Source: Ramlibacter sp.
GTDB taxonomy: Bacteria; Pseudomonadota; Gammaproteobacteria; Burkholderiales; Burkholderiaceae_C
DNA length: 64,000 bases
Assembly (NCBI GenBank): GCA_016713005.1
Contig: JADJPY010000008.1
Coordinates: 1-64,000, forward strand
Direction of reading: 5' to 3'
Part shown: positions 23,876 through 32,643 of the stretch, one piece after another
Numbering within the stretch: position 1 is the stretch's first letter
Layout of the letters: each line of letters starts with the position of its first letter
The notes under the pieces: model-generated
Databases searched by the model: none
What the model was told of the DNA's origin: nothing
What the model saw: the letters and a program-made list of their open reading frames with translations, nothing else
Position numbers and translations under genes: made by a program

Positions 23876-23959
23876 CGCGCCATGGTGGCCACCCAAACTG
23901 AAGACCGCCTGAAGCGGGGCTGAATCCTATTCCGGCCAGCGGCAGTGGCCACGAAGGAC

Positions 23960-25120
23960 TCAGGGCGCCAGGCGCAGCAGTTTTCCGCCCGAACCGTCGG
24001 TCAACAGGTACAGGGCGCCGTCAGGCCCCTGACGCACATCCCGGATGCGCTCGTTGCGAGCGACAAGGAGCCGTTCACGCGCGGTGACGGTATTTCCGTC
24101 CAGACGCAAGCGCCACAGCGCCCGGCCCGCCAGTGCGCCCACAAACAGGTTGCCCTGCCACTGCGGGATGAGCGACGCGGTGTAGAAAGCCATGCCGCTG
24201 GGCGCAATGGACGCCTTTGCACCGCCCGCCCAGGTGCCGCCGTCGATGGTCTCCCACCAGGTCACCGGTTGCTCCATTCCGGGCTTGGACGTACCTTCAC
24301 CGACCTGCAAGGTCGTGCCGTACTCTTGCCCGTAGCTGATCACCGGCCAACCGTAGTTTCGGCCTGCAAGCGTGCGATTGACCTCGTCACCGCCCTGCGG
24401 GCCGTGTTCGCTGGTCCACAGCTCACCCGTTGCCGGGTGAATCGCCGCTCCCTGGGGGTTGCGATGACCATAGCTCCAAATTTCGGGCTGGGCGCCCGGT
24501 GTCGTGGCGAACGGGTTGCCCGGCGCCGGGGCGCCGTCCACCGTGAGGCGAACGACCTTGCCGTGGCCGCGGGAGAGGTCCTGCGCATAGCCGCGCTGGT
24601 CGTTGAGCTGCCTTTCGCCCAGGGTGACGAACAGGCTGCCGCTGCCGTCAAACGCCAAGCGGGACCCATAGTGCCCCGAGCTGGCCACCTTGGGCGACTG
24701 CCGGTAAATCACAGTCAGCGACTCCAGCGCAAAACTGCTCAGGTTGAGCTCGGCACGGGCCACGGCCGTTCCGTTGAGCGAGGCATCCACCGCATCGCGC
24801 TCGGAAAAACTGAAGTAAATGCGCCGGTTCGCGGCAAAGGCCGGATCCAGCACCACGTCCAGCAGACCGCCCTGCTCCACCGCCTCCACCGCCGGCAAGC
24901 CCGCAATGAACACCGATGAACCGGAATCTGCCGCAATCAGGCGCAGACGACCCGGGCGCTCGGTGACGAGCGCGCGCCCGTCGGGCAGGAACGCCAGGCT
25001 CCACGGCGCATCCAGCCCGGTGAAGCGCTCGGTCACCGTGACGGATGGCCCCCCGGATGCGGCACCGCCGCCGCCTCCGCAGGCACACAGAAGCAACGAC
25101 AGCAACAACGCGGCCCGCAT
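23960..25120 (-). CDS. PQQ-dependent soluble sugar (glucose/sorbosone) dehydrogenase, lipoprotein
   Basis: Lipobox LLLCACGG. Beta-propeller motifs LAFLPDGRALVTER and SYGHRNPQG. Confidence 0.8.
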   Translation of the reverse strand: MRAALLLSLLLCACGGGGGAASGGPSVTVTERFTGLDAPWSLAFLPDGRALVTERPGRLRLIAADSGSSVFIAGLPAVEAVEQGGLLDVVLDPAFAANRRIYFSFSERDAVDASLNGTAVARAELNLSSFALESLTVIYRQSPKVASSGHYGSRLAFDGSGSLFVTLGERQLNDQRGYAQDLSRGHGKVVRLTVDGAPAPGNPFATTPGAQPEIWSYGHRNPQGAAIHPATGELWTSEHGPQGGDEVNRTLAGRNYGWPVISYGQEYGTTLQVGEGTSKPGMEQPVTWWETIDGGTWAGGAKASIAPSGMAFYTASLIPQWQGNLFVGALAGRALWRLRLDGNTVTARERLLVARNERIRDVRQGPDGALYLLTDGSGGKLLRLAP

Positions 25121-25121
25121 G

Positions 25122-25541
25122 TCAGCTCACCAGATCGCGCAGCCACTGGGGCAGCGGCCTGGACTTCTGCGCAGGGAAATCCACCCAGATGGTGGTGGCG
25201 CCTCCCTCGGCATAAATCACACCCGGTGTGTCGGTGCGCTCCATGGTGGCCCAGCTCTCGAAGGTCGTGCGTCCTGGATCGCTGGCGTACATCTTCAGGC
25301 GCACATCACCCGGGTATTCCAGCTGGCGGTAAAAGTTGCAGAACGCGTTGACGATGACAGGGCCCTCGCCCCTGGGGTCGGGCACACAGCCGATCGTGCG
25401 GAACCACTCGATCCGGACGGTCTCCAGGTAGCGGAAGTAGATGGTGTTGTTGACATGGTTCATCGCATCCATGTCGCCCCAGCGCATGGGCACGGTCATT
25501 TCGAACACCAGTTTCTTGGCTGCAGGGATCTGGATCTTCAT
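25122..25541 (-). CDS. Acyl-CoA thioesterase (4HBT/YbgC-like hotdog fold)
   Basis: MKIQIP...VNNTIYFRYLE. ATG at 25539-25541. Confidence 0.7.
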   Translation of the reverse strand: MKIQIPAAKKLVFEMTVPMRWGDMDAMNHVNNTIYFRYLETVRIEWFRTIGCVPDPRGEGPVIVNAFCNFYRQLEYPGDVRLKMYASDPGRTTFESWATMERTDTPGVIYAEGGATTIWVDFPAQKSRPLPQWLRDLVS

Positions 25542-26320
25542 GCGCCAAAACCGTCGTCCGCAGCGATCACCGCGCCATTGACGAAATGGCTTTCGTTGCT
25601 GGCCAGAAGCATCAGCACGGCGTCCAGGTCCTGGGGTTGACCCACGCGCTTGCGAGGAAGCATCTGCACCAGCTTCTGGCCCTGTTCGGTCGCCCAGTGG
25701 TGGTGGTTGATCTCGGTATCGATGTAGCCGGGGCACAGCGCGTTCACGTTGATGCCAAAACGCCCCCACTCCATCGCCATCGCCTTGGTCATCTGCACAA
25801 CGGCGGCCTTGCTCATGCAGTACACACCGATCTGGGGCAGCACCTTCAGGCCCGCCATGGAGGCGATGTTGATGATCCGACCGCCGGTGAAGGTACCCGG
25901 TGCCGCCCCGCGCGCGCGGGCCAGCATGCGCTTGCCCACCTCCTGCGCGACAAAAAAAGCGCCCTTCGTGTTGGTGTTGAAGATGAAGTCGTAGTCCTCC
26001 TCGGTCACATCCTGGAGGCGCTGTGTGGTGCTGACGCCGGAATTGTTGACAAGGATGTCGATCGAGCCCATCTCGGTCTCGGCGTGTGCCACGGCTGAGC
26101 GAATCGAGGTGATGTCGGTAACGTCCAGTTCCACCACGTGGGCGTCGCCGCCCTCGCCTTCAATATGGGCCCGAAGCTCCTTTAGCTTGTCCACGCGCCG
26201 GCTGGCGAGCACGACACCGGCCCCGGCGCGCGCCAGTGTGCGTGCGAACTGGGCGCCCAGGCCGCTTGATGCGCCGGTAACAAAGGCCACGCGGCCCGAC
26301 AAATCCAGGGTGTATGCCAT
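25538..26320 (-). CDS. SDR-family oxidoreductase
   Basis: TGASSGLG, NNSG and YCMSK motifs. Confidence 0.85.
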   Translation of the reverse strand: MAYTLDLSGRVAFVTGASSGLGAQFARTLARAGAGVVLASRRVDKLKELRAHIEGEGGDAHVVELDVTDITSIRSAVAHAETEMGSIDILVNNSGVSTTQRLQDVTEEDYDFIFNTNTKGAFFVAQEVGKRMLARARGAAPGTFTGGRIINIASMAGLKVLPQIGVYCMSKAAVVQMTKAMAMEWGRFGINVNALCPGYIDTEINHHHWATEQGQKLVQMLPRKRVGQPQDLDAVLMLLASNESHFVNGAVIAADDGFGA

Positions 26321-26432
26321 TTAGGGAGCCTCCACGAATCTTCAACAATAAAATCAGTCACCGGCCCGACAGACAGCGCCGTCGCCTGACGCGACAATTG
26401 CGGCTCATTATCCGACCCAGACGAGATACCCC

Positions 26433-28124
26433 ATGACCCACGAAGAAATCCTTGCCCAGTTTGGCCCGCGTGAAGCGATGGAGTACGACGTCGTGGTGGT
26501 GGGCGGCGGCCCGGCCGGGCTGGCCACGGCCATACGCCTCAAGCAGCTCGCGGCGGAAAAGGGCACGGACGTGTCGGTGGTGGTGCTTGAAAAAGGCTCA
26601 GAGCCGGGCGCACACATTCTGTCTGGCGCCATCATGGACCCGATCGCACTGACCGAACTCCTGCCGCGCTGGAGGGAAACGGGTGCCCCGCTGAACCAGC
26701 CTGTCACCGACGATGCCTATGTGTTTCTTGGAGAGAAAACTGGGTTCCGCGTCCCCAATCCATTTTTGCCGCCTTTCGCACAAAACCATGGGAACTACAT
26801 CGTCAGCCTTGGCGCAGTGACCAAATGGCTGGCAGAACAGGCCGAAGGGCTGGGGGTTGAAATTTTCCCGGGCTTTGCAGCGGCCGAAATCCTGTACAGC
26901 GACAACGGCGCCGTCAAAGGCGTGGCCACCGGCAACATGGGGGTGGGCAAGGACGGTGAGCCCACCGGCAACTTCCAGCTGGGCATGGAGCTGCTGGGCA
27001 AGTACACGGTGTTTGCCGAAGGCGCGCGGGGCCACCTGGGCAAGCAATTGATTGCCCGATACCAACTCGACAAAGACCGGGACCCGCAGTCCTGGGGCAT
27101 TGGCATCAAGGAAGTCTGGGAAATCGATCCCGCCCGCCATGAGTCCGGCTTTGTGATGCACACCGCTGGCTGGCCCATGGAATCCGATACGTATGGTGGT
27201 GCCTTCCTGTACCACCTGGATGGCAACAAGGTCGCGCTGGGCTTTGTCACCGGCCTCGGCTACTCCAATCCCTACCTCAGCCCGTTCGAGGAGTTCCAGC
27301 GCTGGAAAACCCACCCCAACATCCGGTACTACTTCGAGGATGCCAATGGCGAAATCACCGCCAAACGTCTGGGCTACGGCGCACGCGCCATCAACGCCAG
27401 CGGCATCAACGCCCTGCCCAAAACCGTGTTTCCGGGCGGGGCACTGGTGGGCTGTGATGCGGGCTACCTCAACGTAGGCCGGATCAAGGGCAGCCATGCC
27501 GCCATCAAGACCGGAATGCTGGCCGCCGAAGCGGCCTACGACGCCGTGGCGGCCGGGCGCCAGCACGACGAGCTGGGCGCCTACCCTGAAGCCTTCGAGA
27601 AAAGCTGGCTTCACACCGAGTTGAACAAGGACCGCAACTTCAAGAACTGGTTCAAATACGGCCTGACGGTGGCCACCCTGATGAACGGCTTTGAGCAGTT
27701 TGTGCTTCGCGGCCACGTGCCCTGGACACTGCGCCGCACCAAGCCCGATCATGCGTACCTCAAGCCAGCGTCCGAGTGCACGCCGATCCAGTATCCCAAG
27801 CCCGACGGCAAGCTGACATTTGACCGCCTGAGCAGCGTGTTCATCAGCAACACCAATCACGAAGAACATCAGCCTGCGCACCTGACACTGAAGGACGCTT
27901 CCGTACCCGTTGGCATCAACCTGAGCAAGTACGCAGGCCCCGAGGCACGCTACTGCCCGGCTGGCGTCTACGAGTTCGTGAAGAACGAAGACGGCAGCGA
28001 CCGCTTGCAGATCAATGCGCAGAACTGCGTGCACTGCAAGACCTGCGACATCAAGGACCCCACGCAAAACATCGTGTGGGTTACCCCGGAGGGCGGCGGC
28101 GGCCCCAATTACGTCGGCATGTAG
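26433..28124 (+). CDS. Electron-transfer flavoprotein-ubiquinone oxidoreductase (ETF-QO)
   Basis: VVVVGGGPAG FAD motif. C-terminal 4Fe-4S cysteines CPAGVYEF...CVHCKTC. Confidence 0.9.
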   Translation: MTHEEILAQFGPREAMEYDVVVVGGGPAGLATAIRLKQLAAEKGTDVSVVVLEKGSEPGAHILSGAIMDPIALTELLPRWRETGAPLNQPVTDDAYVFLGEKTGFRVPNPFLPPFAQNHGNYIVSLGAVTKWLAEQAEGLGVEIFPGFAAAEILYSDNGAVKGVATGNMGVGKDGEPTGNFQLGMELLGKYTVFAEGARGHLGKQLIARYQLDKDRDPQSWGIGIKEVWEIDPARHESGFVMHTAGWPMESDTYGGAFLYHLDGNKVALGFVTGLGYSNPYLSPFEEFQRWKTHPNIRYYFEDANGEITAKRLGYGARAINASGINALPKTVFPGGALVGCDAGYLNVGRIKGSHAAIKTGMLAAEAAYDAVAAGRQHDELGAYPEAFEKSWLHTELNKDRNFKNWFKYGLTVATLMNGFEQFVLRGHVPWTLRRTKPDHAYLKPASECTPIQYPKPDGKLTFDRLSSVFISNTNHEEHQPAHLTLKDASVPVGINLSKYAGPEARYCPAGVYEFVKNEDGSDRLQINAQNCVHCKTCDIKDPTQNIVWVTPEGGGGPNYVGM

Positions 28125-28142
28125 CCACGGGCGCTGCGCGGT

Positions 28143-28178
28143 CGACATTTGAGCTATAAATCTCCTGATCCCCAGGGA
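28143..28178. repeat. Expanded variant: GCTAT-[AAATCTCCTGATCCCCAGGGAGATTT]-GTAGC in the ETF-QO / TAXI-1 intergenic region
   Basis: Read directly. Confidence 0.5.
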
Positions 28179-28190
28179 GATTTGTAGCCC

Positions 28191-29504
28191 ATGGCCACCG
28201 CCGCGTTGTACCGCCACCGCTGGACCCTGATCCGGGCCCCCATTGCGGCAGCAACTGTGCTTGCAGCGTGGGCTGCCTGGGCCTGGTTGTTCCCGATGCC
28301 GGACTCCCGGCTGGTCATTTCCGCCGGGCAACGGGATGGTGCCTACCACCAGATTGCCTCCCGGTACGTCGACGCATTTGCTCGCCACGGCGTGGAGCTC
28401 GTCGTGCTGGAATCCGAGGGTTCGGCCCAGAACCTGTTGCGTCTGAGGGGACAAACACCAGCGGCCGACCTTGCCCTTGTCCAGGGCGGTTTCGGCTGGT
28501 CCTCTCCCACTTTGGAGCGCGGCGAGATGGCCGACGTCCAGACGCTGGCCAACGTGGACATCGAAGGCGTGTGGGTATTCAGCAAGCAGCGCGACCTTCA
28601 CTCACTGGTACAACTGCGCGGCCTGCGCGTGGCCGCTGGTCCCGCCGGCAGCGGTCACCGGGTTCTGGCCCAGAGGCTGCTTCATCAACTGCGTGTGCGA
28701 AGCGAAGAAATCCGGTGGGACGCCCTCAGTGGCACGCGTGCTGGCGATGCCCTGGTTCGCGGTGACGTGGATGCCGTCTTCATGGTCGCATCTGCCGATT
28801 CACCTGCTGTGCGCCGGCTGCTCGCCCTGCCGGGCATTTACCTGTCCGCGCTGCAACGTACGGCGGCGCTGTCGGAGCGCAACAATTTTCTGGAGCCCCG
28901 ACTGCTGGCGCAGGACATGCTGGGAGCTGGCACCCCGTCAAGGGACGTGGCGCTCCTGACCACCCACACCCACCTGATCGCCCGCCAGGACCTGCACCCC
29001 GCACTCAAGCGCCTGGCCACCCTCATGGCTCTGCAGGTGCATGCCGGACCGGGGCCGTTTCATCGGGCAGGCGACTTCCCGACATTGCGGCACGGCGACT
29101 TCCCTTCGGCCGCAGAGGCCAGGGACGCGCTGGCCAGCGGGCCTGGCTGGCTGGAGCAGCACCTGTCGTTTTCATGGTCGCAGGCCCTGCAGCGGCTGCT
29201 GGTGATAGGTGTGCCCTTGGGCATACTCGCCTGGTGGCTGGCCCGCCTGCTGCCGGCCTGGTTGCGCTGGCGCCTGGAAAGCCGGCTCACACGCTGGTAC
29301 GGTGAGCTCAAGTTCATCGAAAACGACTTGAGCGGGGATACGATCAGCGGGCTTGCCTTGCGGCGGTTCAACGAGCGTCTGGCACGAATGGACACGGCTC
29401 TGGCGTCCCTGAAACTGCCCGCGGAGCTCGCCCAACGCTGGTACACCCTTCACCAGCACATCGAGTTCGTTCGGCAGCGGGTCAGCGGGATGCGCGGACG
29501 ATGA
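28191..29504 (+). CDS. Membrane protein with a periplasmic TAXI/solute-binding-like domain, a second TM helix and a cytoplasmic coiled-coil (paralog 1)
   Basis: N-terminal TM, SBP-like core, then a TM helix plus WYGELKFIENDL coiled-coil. Confidence 0.5.
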   Translation: MATAALYRHRWTLIRAPIAAATVLAAWAAWAWLFPMPDSRLVISAGQRDGAYHQIASRYVDAFARHGVELVVLESEGSAQNLLRLRGQTPAADLALVQGGFGWSSPTLERGEMADVQTLANVDIEGVWVFSKQRDLHSLVQLRGLRVAAGPAGSGHRVLAQRLLHQLRVRSEEIRWDALSGTRAGDALVRGDVDAVFMVASADSPAVRRLLALPGIYLSALQRTAALSERNNFLEPRLLAQDMLGAGTPSRDVALLTTHTHLIARQDLHPALKRLATLMALQVHAGPGPFHRAGDFPTLRHGDFPSAAEARDALASGPGWLEQHLSFSWSQALQRLLVIGVPLGILAWWLARLLPAWLRWRLESRLTRWYGELKFIENDLSGDTISGLALRRFNERLARMDTALASLKLPAELAQRWYTLHQHIEFVRQRVSGMRGR

Positions 29505-30796
29505 GACTGCCCCTGCTCTACCGTCGCCGCTGGTGGCTGCTGTACCTGCCGATCGCGGCCTTGATTGTCTCTGCCATTGCGTTGGCAGCCACAGTCTGGA
29601 AACCATTGCCCCCCAGGATGCTGACGTTTGGCGTCGGTCCAGCCGAAAGCAGCTACCTCAGGCTGGCGCAGGTATACGCCTCACGCCTGGAACGCATGGG
29701 CATCGCGGTGGAGATTGTGACCAACCCGCGACCACAGGATGCCCTTGAGCGGCTGATGCGGCCGGGGGACCCGGTGGACGCCGCATTTGCACAAGGCCTC
29801 TACGCCCGCGACGCGCGCGATGTGCAGGCCCTGGCGGCGGTTGGCCATGAGATCGTGTGGGTGTTTGCACGCCAGGACATCGCCGCAATGTCCCAGCTGC
29901 GTGGTGCCCGCATCGCCGCCGCAGCGGCGGGGTCGTCCAATCGCCTGGCTGCGGAACTGCTGCTCGCCCACCTGCGAATCAAGCCCTCCGAAGTGAGCTT
30001 TGACCCGCTGGTGGGGGACTCGGCCATCCAGGCACTGGCAGAAGGCCGGGTCCAGGCGGTCGTGCACGTGGCCACCGGGGAGTCCGTCACAGCGGCCACC
30101 CTGGCGCGCCTGGACGGGGTGCACCTGCTGGCGGTGGAACGGACCGGCGCGCTCTCGGCGCGTGAGCCCCGCTTGCGCCCGCTGGTGATACCGCAAGGCT
30201 CGATCGAACTTCGAAGTGATATTCCCGGCGGTGACATTCCCGCCGTCGCCACCCAGACCCAGTTGCTCGTCCGTCCGGGTCTGCATCCCGCCCTGCAACG
30301 GGTGCTGCTGGACGTCGCAGGTGAAGTTCACTCGGTAACGGGGTTCCTGGAACGCCAGGGCCAGTTTCCGACAACGCGCGGACTCGATTTCCCGGCCTCC
30401 GAGGTGGCGATGCAGACTTCATTGGGTGCCCGGCCGTGGCTGGAAACTCTGCTGCCCTACAGGACGGCACAGCTGGCCGAGCTGTTGCTGTACGCCGTGT
30501 TGCCTCTGTGCCTGGGTGGCTTGCTGCTGGCGCAGCGTGTCCCCCGTTTCATTGAGTGGCGAGTGAACGGCGCGCTGCAGCATTTCTACGGTGAGTTGAA
30601 GTTCCTGGAGGCGGACATGACTCGCATCGCCACCAACGATCCCATCGCACTTCGGTGGGTGGTCACCCGCCTGGACGCGCTGGAGCAACAAGTCTCAACA
30701 ATGGACCTGCCCGATCGCTACGCCGATCGCTGGTACACGCTGCGGGCCCATCTGGTCGATGCGCGGGAGCGCCTGCTCAGGCTGCGGGCCCGCTGA
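29501..30796 (+). CDS. Paralog 2 of the TAXI-like two-TM membrane protein
   Basis: Same architecture; HFYGELKFLEADM. ATGA overlap with paralog 1. Confidence 0.5.
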   Translation: MRLPLLYRRRWWLLYLPIAALIVSAIALAATVWKPLPPRMLTFGVGPAESSYLRLAQVYASRLERMGIAVEIVTNPRPQDALERLMRPGDPVDAAFAQGLYARDARDVQALAAVGHEIVWVFARQDIAAMSQLRGARIAAAAAGSSNRLAAELLLAHLRIKPSEVSFDPLVGDSAIQALAEGRVQAVVHVATGESVTAATLARLDGVHLLAVERTGALSAREPRLRPLVIPQGSIELRSDIPGGDIPAVATQTQLLVRPGLHPALQRVLLDVAGEVHSVTGFLERQGQFPTTRGLDFPASEVAMQTSLGARPWLETLLPYRTAQLAELLLYAVLPLCLGGLLLAQRVPRFIEWRVNGALQHFYGELKFLEADMTRIATNDPIALRWVVTRLDALEQQVSTMDLPDRYADRWYTLRAHLVDARERLLRLRAR

Positions 30797-30829
30797 AATC
30801 CCGGGTGCCCGTAGCAAAGCCGGTAGAAT

Positions 30830-31025
30830 CCGGCCAGTCAGGAGAGCGTCTCCCCCGCGGAGGCCGCCGAAGGCGCAGGGACACCCCGAACGCTCAGGCA
30901 AAAGGACTGGCGAAGCGCCCCGCAGGGGGTGTTTCCTTGCTGGAGAGAGGCCTCCCTCGCGGAGGTCCACCGAAGGAGCAAGCGCCGTATCGCCGGCGTG
31001 AATCTCTCAGGTAAAGCGGACAGCA
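30830..31025 (+). ncRNA. Tandem glycine riboswitch (two aptamers) in the gcvT leader
   Basis: Aptamer 1 is GGAGAG...ACCGAAGGCGCA...CTCAGGCAAAAGGAC at about 30840-30908. Aptamer 2 is CTGGAGAGAG...CACCGAAGGAGCAA...CTCTCAGGTAAAGCGGACAG at about 30939-31023. A terminator-like hairpin GCCTTGTTCAGCAAGGC plus U-rich run follows. Confidence 0.85.
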
Positions 31026-31098
31026 GGGGCAGCCCATGGCGCGGCCTTGTTCAGCAAGGCCGGGTTGTGGTTTCAAGGTTTGCCCCGGAGAACGCCGC

Positions 31099-32226
31099 GT
31101 GTCCGCCCCTGCCGAACAATTGCTCACCACGCCGCTGCACGCGCTGCACCTCGAACTGGGCGCCCGAATGGTGCCCTTTGCCGGGTACTCGATGCCGGTG
31201 CAGTACCCCGCCGGCCTGATGGCCGAACACCACCACACCCGCAACGCCGCCGGGCTGTTTGACGTCTCCCACATGGGACAGCTGCGCCTCGTAGGCGCCG
31301 ACGCCGCTGCCGCGTTTGAAACACTGATGCCGGTGGACGTGATGGATCTGGGCGTGGGCAAGCAGCGCTACGGCCTGCTGCTGACGGACGAGGGCACCAT
31401 CATCGATGACCTGATGTTCGTCAACCGCGGGCACGACCTGTTCGTCATCGTCAATGGCGCCTGCAAGGTGGGCGACATCGCCCACATCCAGCAAAAGATT
31501 GGCGCACGCTGTGCCGTGCTGCCCATGCCCGACCAGGCCTTGCTGGCGCTGCAGGGCCCCCAGGCCGTGACCGCCCTGTCGCGCCTGCTGGCGGGCGTGG
31601 ACAAACTGGTGTTCATGACCGGGGGCCACTTCACTTGGGAAGGCGCCCAGCTGTTCATTACGCGCAGCGGGTACACCGGCGAAGACGGTTTTGAGATTTC
31701 CGTGCCGCCCGCGCACGCCGAACCCCTTGCCCGCGCGCTGCTGGCCCAGCCCGAGGTCAAACCTATCGGCTTGGGTGCCCGGAACTCGCTGCGGCTGGAG
31801 GCCGGGCTGTGCCTGTATGGCAATGACATCGACACCACCACCACGCCGGTGGAGGCCGCGCTGAACTGGGCCATCCAGAAAGTGCGGCGCACCGGCGGTA
31901 CGCGCGAAGGCGGCTTCCCCGGCGCCTCCAAAGTGCTGGCACAGCTGCAGGGCCAGGGCCTTGCGCGCAAGCGCGTGGGCCTGGTGGCCCTGGAGCGGGT
32001 GCCGGTGCGCGAGCACACCGAACTGCAGGACACCCAGGGCCGCCGCATTGGCGAGGTCACCAGCGGCCTGCTGGGGCCAACCGTCGACAAGCCCGTGGCC
32101 ATGGGCTACGTGGGCATTGAATTTGCTGCCATTGGCACGCGTGTAAACGCCATCGTGCGTGGCAAGGCAGTGCCAATGGAGGTGGCCGCCATGCCCTTCA
32201 CCCCCAACCGCTACCACCGCGGCTGA
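31099..32226 (+). CDS. gcvT: Glycine cleavage system T protein (aminomethyltransferase)
   Basis: Homology [26 protein letters not shown]...FDVSHMG. GTG start chosen at 31099. Confidence 0.9.
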   Translation: MSAPAEQLLTTPLHALHLELGARMVPFAGYSMPVQYPAGLMAEHHHTRNAAGLFDVSHMGQLRLVGADAAAAFETLMPVDVMDLGVGKQRYGLLLTDEGTIIDDLMFVNRGHDLFVIVNGACKVGDIAHIQQKIGARCAVLPMPDQALLALQGPQAVTALSRLLAGVDKLVFMTGGHFTWEGAQLFITRSGYTGEDGFEISVPPAHAEPLARALLAQPEVKPIGLGARNSLRLEAGLCLYGNDIDTTTTPVEAALNWAIQKVRRTGGTREGGFPGASKVLAQLQGQGLARKRVGLVALERVPVREHTELQDTQGRRIGEVTSGLLGPTVDKPVAMGYVGIEFAAIGTRVNAIVRGKAVPMEVAAMPFTPNRYHRG

Positions 32227-32258
32227 ACCCGTTTTTTGAACCCCATCAGGAGAACCCC

Positions 32259-32630
32259 ATGAGCATCAAGTACACCGAAGATCACGAATGGCTGAAGGTT
32301 GAGGGCGACCTCGCCGTGGTCGGCATCACCGTCCACGCGCAGGACGCACTGGGCGACGTGGTGTTTGTGGACCTGCCCGAGGTGGGCAAAAGCTACACCC
32401 AGAAGGAAACGGCGGGCGTGGTCGAGTCGGTCAAGGCGGCGGCCGATGTGTACATGCCCGTCAGCGGCGAGGTGACCGAAGTGAACGAGGCGCTGCGCGC
32501 CGACCCGTCGCTGGCCAACAGCGACCCGCTGGGCGCGGGCTGGTTCTTCAAGATCAGGCTGGCCGATGCATCGCAGCTCGACGCGCTGATGGACGAGACA
32601 CGCTACACCGCTTTCTCCGCCGACGCCTGA
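32259..32630 (+). CDS. gcvH: Glycine cleavage system H protein
   Basis: Lipoyl-lysine motif VESVKAA. 123 aa. Confidence 0.95.
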   Translation: MSIKYTEDHEWLKVEGDLAVVGITVHAQDALGDVVFVDLPEVGKSYTQKETAGVVESVKAAADVYMPVSGEVTEVNEALRADPSLANSDPLGAGWFFKIRLADASQLDALMDETRYTAFSADA

Positions 32631-32643
32631 GCAGGAAACCACC

